From IMG/VR virus record IMGVR_UViG_3300047551_001440, positions 1 to 34,291 of that record: 34,291 bases of DNA, one strand, 5' to 3'. The stretch comes from a virus. Lineage: Duplodnaviria; Caudoviricetes. A program made the position numbers and the translations under genes. The notes under the pieces are model-generated. The model ran no database searches. It saw only the letters and a list, made by a program, of their open reading frames with translations, and was not told where the DNA came from. Each line of letters begins with the position of its first letter. Position 1 is the stretch's first letter. Below are positions 1-8,445 of this stretch, one piece after another.

Positions 1-145
1 GTATACGAGCGGAGGGTGGTCACTTGCATACAGCGGGGGTGGGGGTACGGTGGGGTTAAACCCCGCGGCGTTTACACATGGGCACCCCGGCTGCAACCCG
101 CATGGATGCTCGCTCTCCCGATACCCGTACCCTCCCCCTCTCGCG

Positions 146-802
146 TCATGCCTTCTTCGCTACGCTGCCGAGGAGGCGCAGATGCCCTGCCAACTCTTTC
201 CTCAACTGCTCCGCGGTGACTGGTGCCTGCTTCTGCTCGACGGTGTCGCGGAACATTCCCGCGGTGCGTCCCAGGAGTTCCAGAGCGCGGAGTCGGGTGT
301 TTTCCTGCTTCCCGCCTCTGCTCAGAGCCACCAATGCCCTCCCCACATAGCGTCTGGTCGCCTGTACGTCATCAGCCAATGCCTCCTGGGTCTCTTCCCA
401 TCCTGCTTCGACCATCCGTTTAATCCGGGGGTCTTTCATCAGTCTGGTTGCTGCTGCTCCGATGGTGGATGTTTGGGCGTTGGTGTTGTTGTAGGCATCC
501 CTGTAAGCCTGGACTCTGCTCTTCCCTTCTATGACACCCTGTGCAAACGCTATCTGTGCCTTTGTGAGTGGTCTGCTCCTTCCCTCTGCTATCCCTACGA
601 TCTGACCGTCTGCCCTTACTGGTGGACTGTCTGCGGCAGCGGCAGCCTGTTCCGCTTCGCTGATCTCCTGGCCATCGTCTGCTAGTGCTGCGAGACGTTG
701 GGCGATAGTCTCTTCGAGGGCAGCATCGTCCACCTCCCGCTCAACAGCGTCCCCGGCTTCGTCCAACATCCGCTCGTAGTCATCCCTGAGTACCCTGGTC
801 AT
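146..802 (-). CDS. terS: Terminase small subunit
   Basis: HTH-like TerS pattern LTKAQIAFAQGVIEGKSRVQAYRDAY...AATRLMKDPRI; start placed at ATG 802 after GAAAGGG (ORF track starts at 835). Confidence 0.7.
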   Translation of the reverse strand: MTRVLRDDYERMLDEAGDAVEREVDDAALEETIAQRLAALADDGQEISEAEQAAAAADSPPVRADGQIVGIAEGRSRPLTKAQIAFAQGVIEGKSRVQAYRDAYNNTNAQTSTIGAAATRLMKDPRIKRMVEAGWEETQEALADDVQATRRYVGRALVALSRGGKQENTRLRALELLGRTAGMFRDTVEQKQAPVTAEQLRKELAGHLRLLGSVAKKA

Positions 803-898
803 CGCGTCATCCCTTTCACCTGTACAGATTCCCATACTGTATGGGCATCCATGACTGTTCGCATTCTGCGGGTTCTCCCGGCCTCAGGTCAACCTTTC

Positions 899-1085
899 TG
901 TGGATAAACCTGTGGACAACCTGTGGACAACCCTGTGGATAACTACGTTAGTGCTTGCTCACAAAAACCTGTGGATAACCTGTGCAAAGGTGGCAAGTCC
1001 GAGTTCTTTTCGGGCCACCCATACCTGACCCTCACCCCACACTTATCCACAACCTACTTGCCACTTATCCACAGACTTATCCACA
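899..1085. repeat. Array of DnaA boxes in two oppositely oriented clusters
   Basis: TGTGGATAA at 899, 934, 970; TGTGGACAA at 911, 922; TTATCCACA at 1043, 1065, 1077. Confidence 0.9.
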
Positions 1086-1230
1086 GATTATGTTAGTGCC
1101 CACCAACCTCCAGGCAGGGCAACTATATAGAAATGTCTTCGAAACCAGTCTCTCCTCTGGGCATGGATGAATACCGTCCGACCACTACTGGATAAATACC
1201 CATCAGTGCTTACCCTTGTGCCGCTAGTGC

Positions 1231-1260
1231 TTGTGTAAACGGTCGGACTAGTGCAATAAT
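1231..1260 (+). promoter_or_regulatory. Putative sigma70-like early promoter
   Basis: TTGTGT-N18-AATAAT preceded by GCTAGTGC; same architecture as the element at 2779-2808. Confidence 0.5.
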
Positions 1261-1305
1261 CGGGATCACCGCAGCACGGTGCTGCTCAACCCGGAGACCC
1301 TGACC

Positions 1306-1527
1306 ATGTTCCACGTTCCCGCCCACAAGAACACCCAGAACCCCCCTGCTCAGTTCCGCCCCTCTATTCGCACCGACATCCGGGTGCGTCCGCTCCTCAA
1401 CGGTTGGAAGCACCTGTGGATTGCTGAACTGGTAGAGGAAGGAAAGGTGGTCTGGGCCGATTGCTATGGATTCGGCGCCACCCCGGAGCAGGCCCGGAGC
1501 GAACTGCTTGCAGTGCTTGCCGACTGA
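1306..1527 (+). CDS. Hypothetical early protein (73 aa)
   Basis: ATG 1306 after CCGGAG RBS; first gene after the promoter. Confidence 0.7.
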   Translation: MFHVPAHKNTQNPPAQFRPSIRTDIRVRPLLNGWKHLWIAELVEEGKVVWADCYGFGATPEQARSELLAVLAD

Positions 1528-1600
1528 CCAACCCCCGCTGCTGATCGCAGCGGTCTGGCTCGGGCCAGACCAGTGCGATCCCCGCACTTAACCGGAGACC
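1528..1600 (+). repeat. Structured intergenic leader, copy 1
   Basis: Hairpins CCGCTGC/GCAGCGG, GGTCTGGC/GCCAGACC, AGTGCG/CGCACT, then CCGGAGACC; homologous to 1911-1971. Confidence 0.75.
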
Positions 1601-1604
1601 CCCC

Positions 1605-1910
1605 ATGAACGTGACTCAGTCCCCCGTCGCCACCCTGACCCAGGTCCTGCGCCTGCGTCTGAAGTCCGCCCAGGCCGACTTCGCCAAGAACAGCAACGCC
1701 AACAACTGGGACCGCACCCTGTGCGTCATGTTGGCATGGCAGCAGTGGTCCTATGCCACCCGCACCGCCGACCGTCATCACCGTTGGGACCTTGAGGGCA
1801 TCGCCACCCGCGCCCTGTCCGACCGGGATGCCAACGTCTGCGACATCGTCGTGCGGGGCATCACTGGGCAATCGACCCGAGACATCCTCAGGGAGTTCGC
1901 CGCAGGCTAA
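1605..1910 (+). CDS. Hypothetical early protein
   Basis: ORF with GGAG RBS and phage-typical codon usage. Confidence 0.75.
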   Translation: MNVTQSPVATLTQVLRLRLKSAQADFAKNSNANNWDRTLCVMLAWQQWSYATRTADRHHRWDLEGIATRALSDRDANVCDIVVRGITGQSTRDILREFAAG

Positions 1911-1971
1911 CCGACCCCCGCTGCGGTTGCAGCGGTCTGCCTCAGGGCAGACCAGTGTGACCCCGGAGACC
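1911..1971 (+). repeat. Structured intergenic leader, copy 2
   Basis: CCGCTGC/GCAGCGG and GGTCTGCC/GGCAGACC hairpins, then CCGGAGACC. Confidence 0.75.
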
Positions 1972-1977
1972 TACCAG

Positions 1978-2139
1978 ATGGAACCCATCTACGTCCGACT
2001 GCTGATTGCCCTGGCCCTGCTGATCATCTTCCTGATCTGCGGGTGGCTTGATTCCCGTGCCCGTCGCCCCTCCCAGGTGGAGCGGCGGGATGTTGAGGTG
2101 GAGTTTTTCGAGGCCCTGCGCCGCCACCGTTCCCGTTGA
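1978..2139 (+). CDS. Small membrane protein (53 aa)
   Basis: MEPIYVRLLIALALLIIFLICGW, one TM helix; GGAG RBS. Confidence 0.65.
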   Translation: MEPIYVRLLIALALLIIFLICGWLDSRARRPSQVERRDVEVEFFEALRRHRSR

Positions 2140-2165
2140 TCTGTTTACACACTAGGAGAGAAACC

Positions 2166-2750
2166 ATGAACCTGACCCATCCCCGCGACATCGCCACCTT
2201 CGCCACCTTCGCGGCCAACAATGCCGCCGAGGCCCAATGGCTCATGGACAACCATGAGCGCTCGGACTTCGCACGATCCCTCCTTCGCGGTCTGCTTCAA
2301 TGGGGCAACCTGACGCCCCGTCAATTGGCCGCGGTCACCAAGTGCGCCGCCCCTCGCCCCGCTGCCCTGGCGGTGCAGGACGATGCCCTGCGTCAGTGCT
2401 TTGAGAGGGCAACGGCCAAGGGTCTGAAGCGCCCCGTGCTGCGCCTGGACTCCATCAAGGTCAGCCCTGCCCCCGCGACGGGCAAGAACCCTGGTGCCTT
2501 GTACGTCAAGGCAGTCGATGCCGAGGGCACCTACCTGGGCAAGGTCATGGGTGGATCGTTTACACGGTCGTTCGCCTGCTCCGACGATCAGGCCGCCCAG
2601 GTCGCGTCCCTGATGTCAGACCCCGCGAAGGCCCTGGACGCATACGGTCGGCGCACCGGGAACTGCGGGTGCTGCGGTCGCCCCCTCACCGCAGCCGAGT
2701 CGGTCGAGCGCGGCATCGGCCCGATCTGTGCCGAGAAGTTTGGCCTGTAA
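2166..2750 (+). CDS. DUF6011-family zinc-binding protein
   Basis: C-terminal CGCCGRPLTAAESVERGIGPIC; RBS AGGAGAG before ATG 2166. Confidence 0.75.
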   Translation: MNLTHPRDIATFATFAANNAAEAQWLMDNHERSDFARSLLRGLLQWGNLTPRQLAAVTKCAAPRPAALAVQDDALRQCFERATAKGLKRPVLRLDSIKVSPAPATGKNPGALYVKAVDAEGTYLGKVMGGSFTRSFACSDDQAAQVASLMSDPAKALDAYGRRTGNCGCCGRPLTAAESVERGIGPICAEKFGL

Positions 2751-2778
2751 TACCCGAGTAAACTGTGGGGGCTAGTGC

Positions 2779-2808
2779 TTGTTCAAACGTCGGCACTAGT
2801 CCTACACT
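2779..2808 (+). promoter_or_regulatory. Putative sigma70-like promoter
   Basis: TTGTTC-N18-TACACT preceded by GCTAGTGC, ACTAGT in the spacer. Confidence 0.55.
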
Positions 2809-2843
2809 CCACCCTGTTGTTCGCACCTAAACGAGGCACCGCC

Positions 2844-3431
2844 ATGAACCAGACCCCCATCTTCCCGACCCGCGAGGAGTGGTTGCTCGCCGCCATCGCG
2901 GAGGTCAAACCCCTGTTTGACGCATCGCAGCACGTTCTGTCCGACCGCATCCGCGTCACCTGCGGGTTCCCCTCGACTGCCTCCCGCAGCGGCGCAGTCG
3001 GTCAGTGCTTCGCCTCTGCCGCATCGGCGGATCAGCACTACGAGGTCATGGTGTCGCCCGTTGTGGACGATCCCGCCGAGGTCCTGGCGATCCTCATCCA
3101 TGAGTTGTGCCATACGTTGCCGGGGTGCATGAATCACGGCATCACGTTCCAGAAGGCCGCGTCCGACCTTTTCCTCGCCCCCGGTTGGTCGAAGGGTTGG
3201 AAGGCCACCGTTCAAGGTCCGACCTTCCTGCAAACCTACGGTTCGATTCTGTCGGGCCTGGGTGCCTACCCCCATGCCCACCTCAAGGTCGGGGCAACGA
3301 AGAAGCAATCCACGCGACTGCTGAAGGCTACCTGCCCTTGCTGCGGCTACACCATCCGAGTCACCAAGGTCTGGGCCGACAAGGGTCTGCCCGTCTGCTG
3401 CCTCGACGGCACCCAGATGACCCTGGCCTGA
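2844..3431 (+). CDS. SprT-like zinc metallopeptidase with C-terminal Zn ribbon
   Basis: HELCH...H motif; CPCCGYTIR...PVCC; GAGG RBS before ATG 2844. Confidence 0.7.
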   Translation: MNQTPIFPTREEWLLAAIAEVKPLFDASQHVLSDRIRVTCGFPSTASRSGAVGQCFASAASADQHYEVMVSPVVDDPAEVLAILIHELCHTLPGCMNHGITFQKAASDLFLAPGWSKGWKATVQGPTFLQTYGSILSGLGAYPHAHLKVGATKKQSTRLLKATCPCCGYTIRVTKVWADKGLPVCCLDGTQMTLA

Positions 3432-3459
3432 TGCCCGTACCCTCTAGGAGAGAACAACC

Positions 3460-4929
3460 ATGCAACCCTTTGAAATCGCCATCGAACTGGGCAAGTTGTC
3501 CGGTCCCGCCATCTACGCTGCAACGTCGGCCCTGCTGCCTGGGTCGCAGTCGAACGACAAGGCCGCCAACTGCAAGGTGCTGATGCATGCCATCAAAAAC
3601 GGCACCATCACACTGTCCCAGGTGCAAAACCATACCTATGCCGTAACGCACGGCACCGTGATGCGTCCGGTCGCCACCTCCACGGTCATCGCGCCCGATC
3701 CTGCGATGGTGCAGTCGGTCCAGGCTAGTGCATCGGCGGCATCCCGCGCCGAGTCGGTGGCCCTGGAGGCTAAGGCCCTGGCCGATGCCCTCGCGCCTCA
3801 GGTCAAGTCGGTGCGTGACGGTCTGACCGGACTGTCCGAATCCATCATCAAGACCCAGGCCGAGGTTGCTGCGGCCCTGAGTGGCAAGGGGCAGAAGGCG
3901 GCAGTCGAGCGCACCATCGCCAAGGCAGTTGCCGAAGCGTTCGCGCCGATCCGCGCCGCCGCTGAGGCCAACGGCACCCAGGCCGAGGTTGCTGCTGCTG
4001 CTGCTGCCCCGGTGCGGCAGGACACTGCCCTGGCCGTGTTTGGGGTGGACATCCGCGACGTCAAGGGCAACCCCGTGATGGTCGATGTTTGGGATAACCC
4101 CGAGGCGCCCCAGGTCGATCCGTATTTTGTCTGGGGTGCCACCAACCTCGCGCCCCTGCTTGCGGCTCAGTCCATCCGCGCCAATGTGTGGATGGGTGGC
4201 GAGAAGGGCACGGGCAAGACTGAGACGGCGCGGCAGTTCGCCGCTCGGACGGGTCGTGCGTTTACACGGGTGAACTTCCACAAGTTCACGACCTCCGAGG
4301 AGTTCATCGGTGCGACGGGTCTGGTCAACGGCAATACCGTGCATGAGCCTGGGCCTGTGCTGCGGTCGCATTGCGGCACCCCTGGCGCAATCACCCTGCT
4401 TGATGAGATCACCCTCTGCGATCCCGGTGAACTTGCCACCCTTCATGCCCTGCTTGAGCCGAATGGGCGTGTAAACCTGGGCGGCAAGGTCTGGACCGCA
4501 GCCCCCGGTGCCCTGTGCTTTGTGGCCGACAACTCGGGCGGCAACGGTGATGCGTCGGGTCGCCATGCCGGGGTGCGCGTGATGAACAGCGCCCTGCTCG
4601 ACCGTTTCGCGCTCAAGGTGCCCTTCACCTTCCTCCCTTTGGATCAGGAGGTGGCGGCAGTGTGCAAGCACACTGGATGCAGTGATGCCCTGGCACGTTG
4701 CGTGATGCGCGTCATCACGACTGCCCGGAACAAGGTGCAGAAGGGTGACATCGTGGACGCACCGTCGATCCGCCAAGTCATGGCATGGATTCGGTCGATG
4801 CCGATCCTGGGGGTGCGTCAAGCCTGGGACATCTCGGTGGCATCGGCGCAGCCTGCCGAATCTGTCCTGGCCCTGGAGGGCATCTATGCCGCCGAGGTCA
4901 ACGAGGTTGAACTGCTGAACCTGCTGTAA
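3460..4929 (+). CDS. MoxR/CobS-like AAA+ ATPase
   Basis: Walker A GEKGTGKT, Walker B LLDE, NSALLDRF; N-terminal coiled coil; adjacent VWA gene. Confidence 0.85.
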   Translation: MQPFEIAIELGKLSGPAIYAATSALLPGSQSNDKAANCKVLMHAIKNGTITLSQVQNHTYAVTHGTVMRPVATSTVIAPDPAMVQSVQASASAASRAESVALEAKALADALAPQVKSVRDGLTGLSESIIKTQAEVAAALSGKGQKAAVERTIAKAVAEAFAPIRAAAEANGTQAEVAAAAAAPVRQDTALAVFGVDIRDVKGNPVMVDVWDNPEAPQVDPYFVWGATNLAPLLAAQSIRANVWMGGEKGTGKTETARQFAARTGRAFTRVNFHKFTTSEEFIGATGLVNGNTVHEPGPVLRSHCGTPGAITLLDEITLCDPGELATLHALLEPNGRVNLGGKVWTAAPGALCFVADNSGGNGDASGRHAGVRVMNSALLDRFALKVPFTFLPLDQEVAAVCKHTGCSDALARCVMRVITTARNKVQKGDIVDAPSIRQVMAWIRSMPILGVRQAWDISVASAQPAESVLALEGIYAAEVNEVELLNLL

Positions 4930-4943
4930 TAGCAATGCGGGTG

Positions 4944-4972
4944 TTGACACACTAGCACCCGTATTCGATAAT
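4944..4972 (+). promoter_or_regulatory. Sigma70-like promoter within an imperfect inverted repeat
   Basis: TTGACA-N17-GATAAT; arms AATGCGGGTGTT / AGCACCCGTATT. Confidence 0.7.
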
Positions 4973-4995
4973 CTGTTCGTACTTTGGAGCCGCAA

Positions 4996-6540
4996 ATGCA
5001 AAACGATTCGTTCATCGTAGGTCTGTCCCGCCGCCCGTGGGTGTACGGTTGGGAACTGCGCCGCGCCATCACCGCACTGGTCGAGTCCATCGGTGCGAAG
5101 GTGCCGCGCAACAAGGTCAGCATCACGTTGACCTGGGCACCGATCCAGACTGCCTGTGTCAACGGCTCGGGCGATATGAAGTTGGCATCGGTGCGCGACG
5201 ATGCCCAGGTGCCCCGCGCCCTGTTTTTGAGGTACGTCGGGTTTGTTGTGCATGAGGTGCTGCACCTCGTTTACACCGACTTCACGGTGCGCGGCAACGG
5301 TCAGTACCTCGACCAACTCCACAACGCGGTGGAAGATGTTTGGATTGAACGCCGGGGCATTGCCGACCAGTTCACTGGCAACATCCAGACGATCCTGGCC
5401 GACCTGATGGACCAGATGGTTGCTGAAGCGATGGATGCGGTGCAGGACTGGACCGATCCCGCCCAGTACCCGTTCGTTCTGGCAGTCACGGGTCGGCGCT
5501 ACGGTGCCAAGGTCCCGGTGGCCGAGGGCCTGGGTCCCATCTTCGATGAGGCATCGCGCCGCATCGATGATGCCAAGTCATCCCGCGACACTCTGCGGAT
5601 CGCTCAGTGGGTCTATGACCAACTGAAGGGTCTGCCAAAGGATCAGGAGAAGAAGGGCAAGGGCAAGCCGCAGGGTGACAACGGTGCCGATAGCGGCGAT
5701 GGTGACAAGGCAGCCGATGGTCAGGCCACCCCTGGCAAGGCCACCGCGCCCAAGTCATCCACGGTCGCGGCCAATCCTGAGCCGAGCCTCCAGATCGAAG
5801 ACGGCATGGGCGGCGCATCGATCCCGGATCACGGCATCTCTGCGGACGGCACCTACCTTTCGTCCAACCCGCGGCGCGAAGTCGAGGCCGCGGTCCCGGC
5901 GAAGTTGCGCTACGAGGTTCGTCGCCTGTTCGATAACAGCAGCACAACCCTGTTCAGCCCAGGTCGCCGCTCCGGTTCGCTCAACGTGCGGTCCCTGCAT
6001 AAAGTCTCAATCGATGACCGTCTGTTCCAGAAGCGCGAGGACCTCGACGGCATCGACAGTGCGGTCAGCATCGTGCTCGACGTTTCCGGCTCTATGTGTG
6101 ATCGGCTGAATCAGTCCTGCAATGTGGCCTATGCCCTGGCCGACTCGCTGATCAGTGCCGAGGCCCAGGTCGAGATCGTACTGTTTGGGTCGAGCGCAGC
6201 ACGGGCTATGCCCTTCTGCTCCAACAAGGCCAAGGCAAAGGATGTTCTGAGCCGCGTTCACCTGGGCGGCGGCACCAATGACCGGATGGCAGTTCGAATG
6301 GCCCTGGATCATCTGCTCCTGCGCCAGGAGCGCCGCCGAGTGATGTTCGTCATCACTGACGGTCAGGGTTGTGTGCATGACGTCAACCTCATGTGCCAAT
6401 CCGCAATGGCACTGGGCATCACGGTGATTGGGGTGGGTATCGGGTGCGATGTCAGCACTTCGTATCCGCAGTCGGTCACCGTTCACAACGTGAGCCACCT
6501 GGGCCAAGTGGTGTTCCGCGAAATCAAATTGGCCGCTTAA
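4996..6540 (+). CDS. CobT-like protein: N-terminal HExxH domain plus C-terminal VWA domain
   Basis: HEVLH...NAVED, low-complexity linker, MIDAS DVSGS, GGT, ITDG. Confidence 0.85.
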   Translation: MQNDSFIVGLSRRPWVYGWELRRAITALVESIGAKVPRNKVSITLTWAPIQTACVNGSGDMKLASVRDDAQVPRALFLRYVGFVVHEVLHLVYTDFTVRGNGQYLDQLHNAVEDVWIERRGIADQFTGNIQTILADLMDQMVAEAMDAVQDWTDPAQYPFVLAVTGRRYGAKVPVAEGLGPIFDEASRRIDDAKSSRDTLRIAQWVYDQLKGLPKDQEKKGKGKPQGDNGADSGDGDKAADGQATPGKATAPKSSTVAANPEPSLQIEDGMGGASIPDHGISADGTYLSSNPRREVEAAVPAKLRYEVRRLFDNSSTTLFSPGRRSGSLNVRSLHKVSIDDRLFQKREDLDGIDSAVSIVLDVSGSMCDRLNQSCNVAYALADSLISAEAQVEIVLFGSSAARAMPFCSNKAKAKDVLSRVHLGGGTNDRMAVRMALDHLLLRQERRRVMFVITDGQGCVHDVNLMCQSAMALGITVIGVGIGCDVSTSYPQSVTVHNVSHLGQVVFREIKLAA

Positions 6541-6557
6541 TCAACTGGAGAGAGATC

Positions 6558-6929
6558 ATGGAAAGCATCAAGAACCTTGCCTTTAAACGTGCTCTGGCGA
6601 TGCTCGACGCATCGGGCAGCAAGTACTTCATCATCGATCCCGAGGGGGTCGAGCACAAGAACGTGGACTTCGAAGTGGTGCAGAAGAAGCGCCAACGTGT
6701 GGTGTCCCGCCCCTATGGGGCGATGGTCGGCTACTACAAGAAGTTCCTCGAAACGGTGGAGCCGGGGGGCTACACCAAGGTCCCGGCGACCTCGGAGTTC
6801 ACCTTGCAGGAACTGCGGTGCGGAGTGACCGCATGGTGTACCGCGAACTGGGGGAGGAAGACCTACATGAGCAACACACGCGAGGACGGCATCGAAGTCC
6901 TGCGCCTGGACATCACTGAGGGGGCCTAA
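6558..6929 (+). CDS. Hypothetical protein
   Basis: ATG 6558 after GGAGAGAG. Confidence 0.75.
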   Translation: MESIKNLAFKRALAMLDASGSKYFIIDPEGVEHKNVDFEVVQKKRQRVVSRPYGAMVGYYKKFLETVEPGGYTKVPATSEFTLQELRCGVTAWCTANWGRKTYMSNTREDGIEVLRLDITEGA

Positions 6930-6931
6930 TC

Positions 6932-7291
6932 ATGTTCACTGAACGCGACAAGAAACTGGCGGAGAGGATTATCTACCTGTCCACCATCCCGGTCCATCAG
7001 CAGGAGGTGACCATCGAATCCCTGAACGAGGACAACGATGCCCTGTGCATCAAGGTCGGGTTGCAGGTGCAGCAGCAGGGCAAGATGTTTGTCGTGTTTG
7101 AGCCTGTTTACACGGCAGCAACCCGGTGCGAACCGGAGGACATCGACTACAGGGTTGCGGGGGTGTTTGGTCTTTTGGAATCAGCACTGAAGCACTGCTG
7201 CACCCTGTACATGGAGACCGAGATCGACAACCTGTTGCAGGCAGACGCCGAGTACGAGGCGCACTGCAACCCCATCACCGAGGAGATGTAA
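6932..7291 (+). CDS. Hypothetical protein
   Basis: ORF tightly coupled to neighbours. Confidence 0.75.
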   Translation: MFTERDKKLAERIIYLSTIPVHQQEVTIESLNEDNDALCIKVGLQVQQQGKMFVVFEPVYTAATRCEPEDIDYRVAGVFGLLESALKHCCTLYMETEIDNLLQADAEYEAHCNPITEEM

Positions 7292-7293
7292 AC

Positions 7294-7725
7294 ATGGACA
7301 TCGATACTTACATCAACATCGTCAGCGATAGCCGATACACGCTCGGCGGGATTCGGTATCTCATCAATGGCACCGATCCAGACATCGAATGGGGCCGTCC
7401 GTGGAAGGAATCTCTACGGTCTGAATACGAGTACTGGGTAAAGCGGCATGGGGTGGCATCACTGCCCGACGTCCATATCGCCATCCGCCCGATTGGGTTC
7501 TGGAGTGATGTCATCACCCTCCGCACCCGTGCGCGATATGGGTGCCCGACTGAGGTTGATCTGAGTTGGAGCACGGGCGGAATCGATCCTAAGGAGGAGT
7601 TCGACATCAGCAGATCGGCAATGCATTTTTCATGCGCCCTGACTGCGGCGGCACAGACCCGATCATCCATGCTGTTTCGGATTCGTGCGGCAGAGCAAGC
7701 CGCAAAACAAACCACTGAGGTGTAA
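7294..7725 (+). CDS. Hypothetical protein
   Basis: ATG 7294 in the junction GAGGAGATGTAAACATG. Confidence 0.7.
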   Translation: MDIDTYINIVSDSRYTLGGIRYLINGTDPDIEWGRPWKESLRSEYEYWVKRHGVASLPDVHIAIRPIGFWSDVITLRTRARYGCPTEVDLSWSTGGIDPKEEFDISRSAMHFSCALTAAAQTRSSMLFRIRAAEQAAKQTTEV

Positions 7726-7727
7726 AC

Positions 7728-7955
7728 ATGAACTGGGAAACATTCTGCCGCCGCACCAACGATCCGAAACTGTCCGTGATTGAGCGGATGCTGACCGAGC
7801 GAGGGATCGCGCATCGTCGCAACGGTGAATCATTTCATGCGCCGATCCTTGAGGTGGACAGTCAACAAGCCGACAAGGCATGGGCAATGCTCTCCGAAAC
7901 GATTGACGGCAGGGAACTGGACGAGATACCTGACAACGATCCCATTTTTTACTGA
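7728..7955 (+). CDS. Hypothetical protein
   Basis: GAGGTGTAAACATG junction. Confidence 0.75.
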   Translation: MNWETFCRRTNDPKLSVIERMLTERGIAHRRNGESFHAPILEVDSQQADKAWAMLSETIDGRELDEIPDNDPIFY

Positions 7956-7964
7956 GGTGTAAAC

Positions 7965-8186
7965 ATGAACAGCACTCAAGTCGAAGCACTGCTTTCCCGC
8001 CGCGTCGGCGTGAACACCGAGGGCGATCCGGTCTGGATCGTCTGGCGTGAGGGCACCGCATGGGAGCCTGAGAAGGACAAGACCTTGAACATCACGGTGG
8101 GGGTCGGTGCCTATCAGCACACTACCCTGACGGCCAAGCAAGCCCGTGATCTGGCGATCAACATTCTCGACATGGTGGGGGTGTAA
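7965..8186 (+). CDS. Hypothetical protein
   Basis: GAGGTGTAAACATG junction. Confidence 0.75.
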   Translation: MNSTQVEALLSRRVGVNTEGDPVWIVWREGTAWEPEKDKTLNITVGVGAYQHTTLTAKQARDLAINILDMVGV

Positions 8187-8188
8187 AC

Positions 8189-8437
8189 ATGAAGTGGAAC
8201 CATCGCATCGTCCACATGAACGAGGGCTATCCTGAGGAACCCTGGTGCGAGGTGCAGGAGGTGTACTACCGTGATGATGGGACCATCGCAGGATACTCAA
8301 AGCCCTGCCTGGGTTCTGAGTATCCCGGCCAGATCATCGCCCTGCTTGAGCGGATGCTTGATGACATCAAGCGCAATCCTGATGTTGTCGGTCCCTTCCG
8401 CGCCGACGATCAATCCGACGAACCCAATCCTTTCTGA
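8189..8437 (+). CDS. Hypothetical phage protein (WNHR...EVYY type)
   Basis: GGTGTAAACATG junction; MKWNHRIV...EVYY pattern common in phage early proteins. Confidence 0.75.
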   Translation: MKWNHRIVHMNEGYPEEPWCEVQEVYYRDDGTIAGYSKPCLGSEYPGQIIALLERMLDDIKRNPDVVGPFRADDQSDEPNPF

Positions 8438-8445
8438 GGCGAAGC

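Noticed and set aside
899-1085. CRISPR array
   Set aside because: Repeats are 9-11 bp without unique ~30-bp spacers; they match DnaA boxes.
1147-1160. Second anti-SD RNA (GTCTCTCCTCTG)
   Set aside because: No clear promoter, hairpin or terminator framing it.
835-1205. LexA boxes (CTGTATGGGCATCCAT at 837, CTGGATAAATACCCAT at 1188)
   Set aside because: Both end in CAT instead of the required CAG half-site.
3361-5322. 653-aa minus-strand ORF and similar long antisense ORFs (13654-14694, 23111-23932, 27008-27766)
   Set aside because: Shadow frames of high-GC genes; no motifs or RBS.
3460-6540. Cobalamin biosynthesis auxiliary genes (cobS/cobT)
   Set aside because: No cobN or pathway genes; only family-level similarity is supported.
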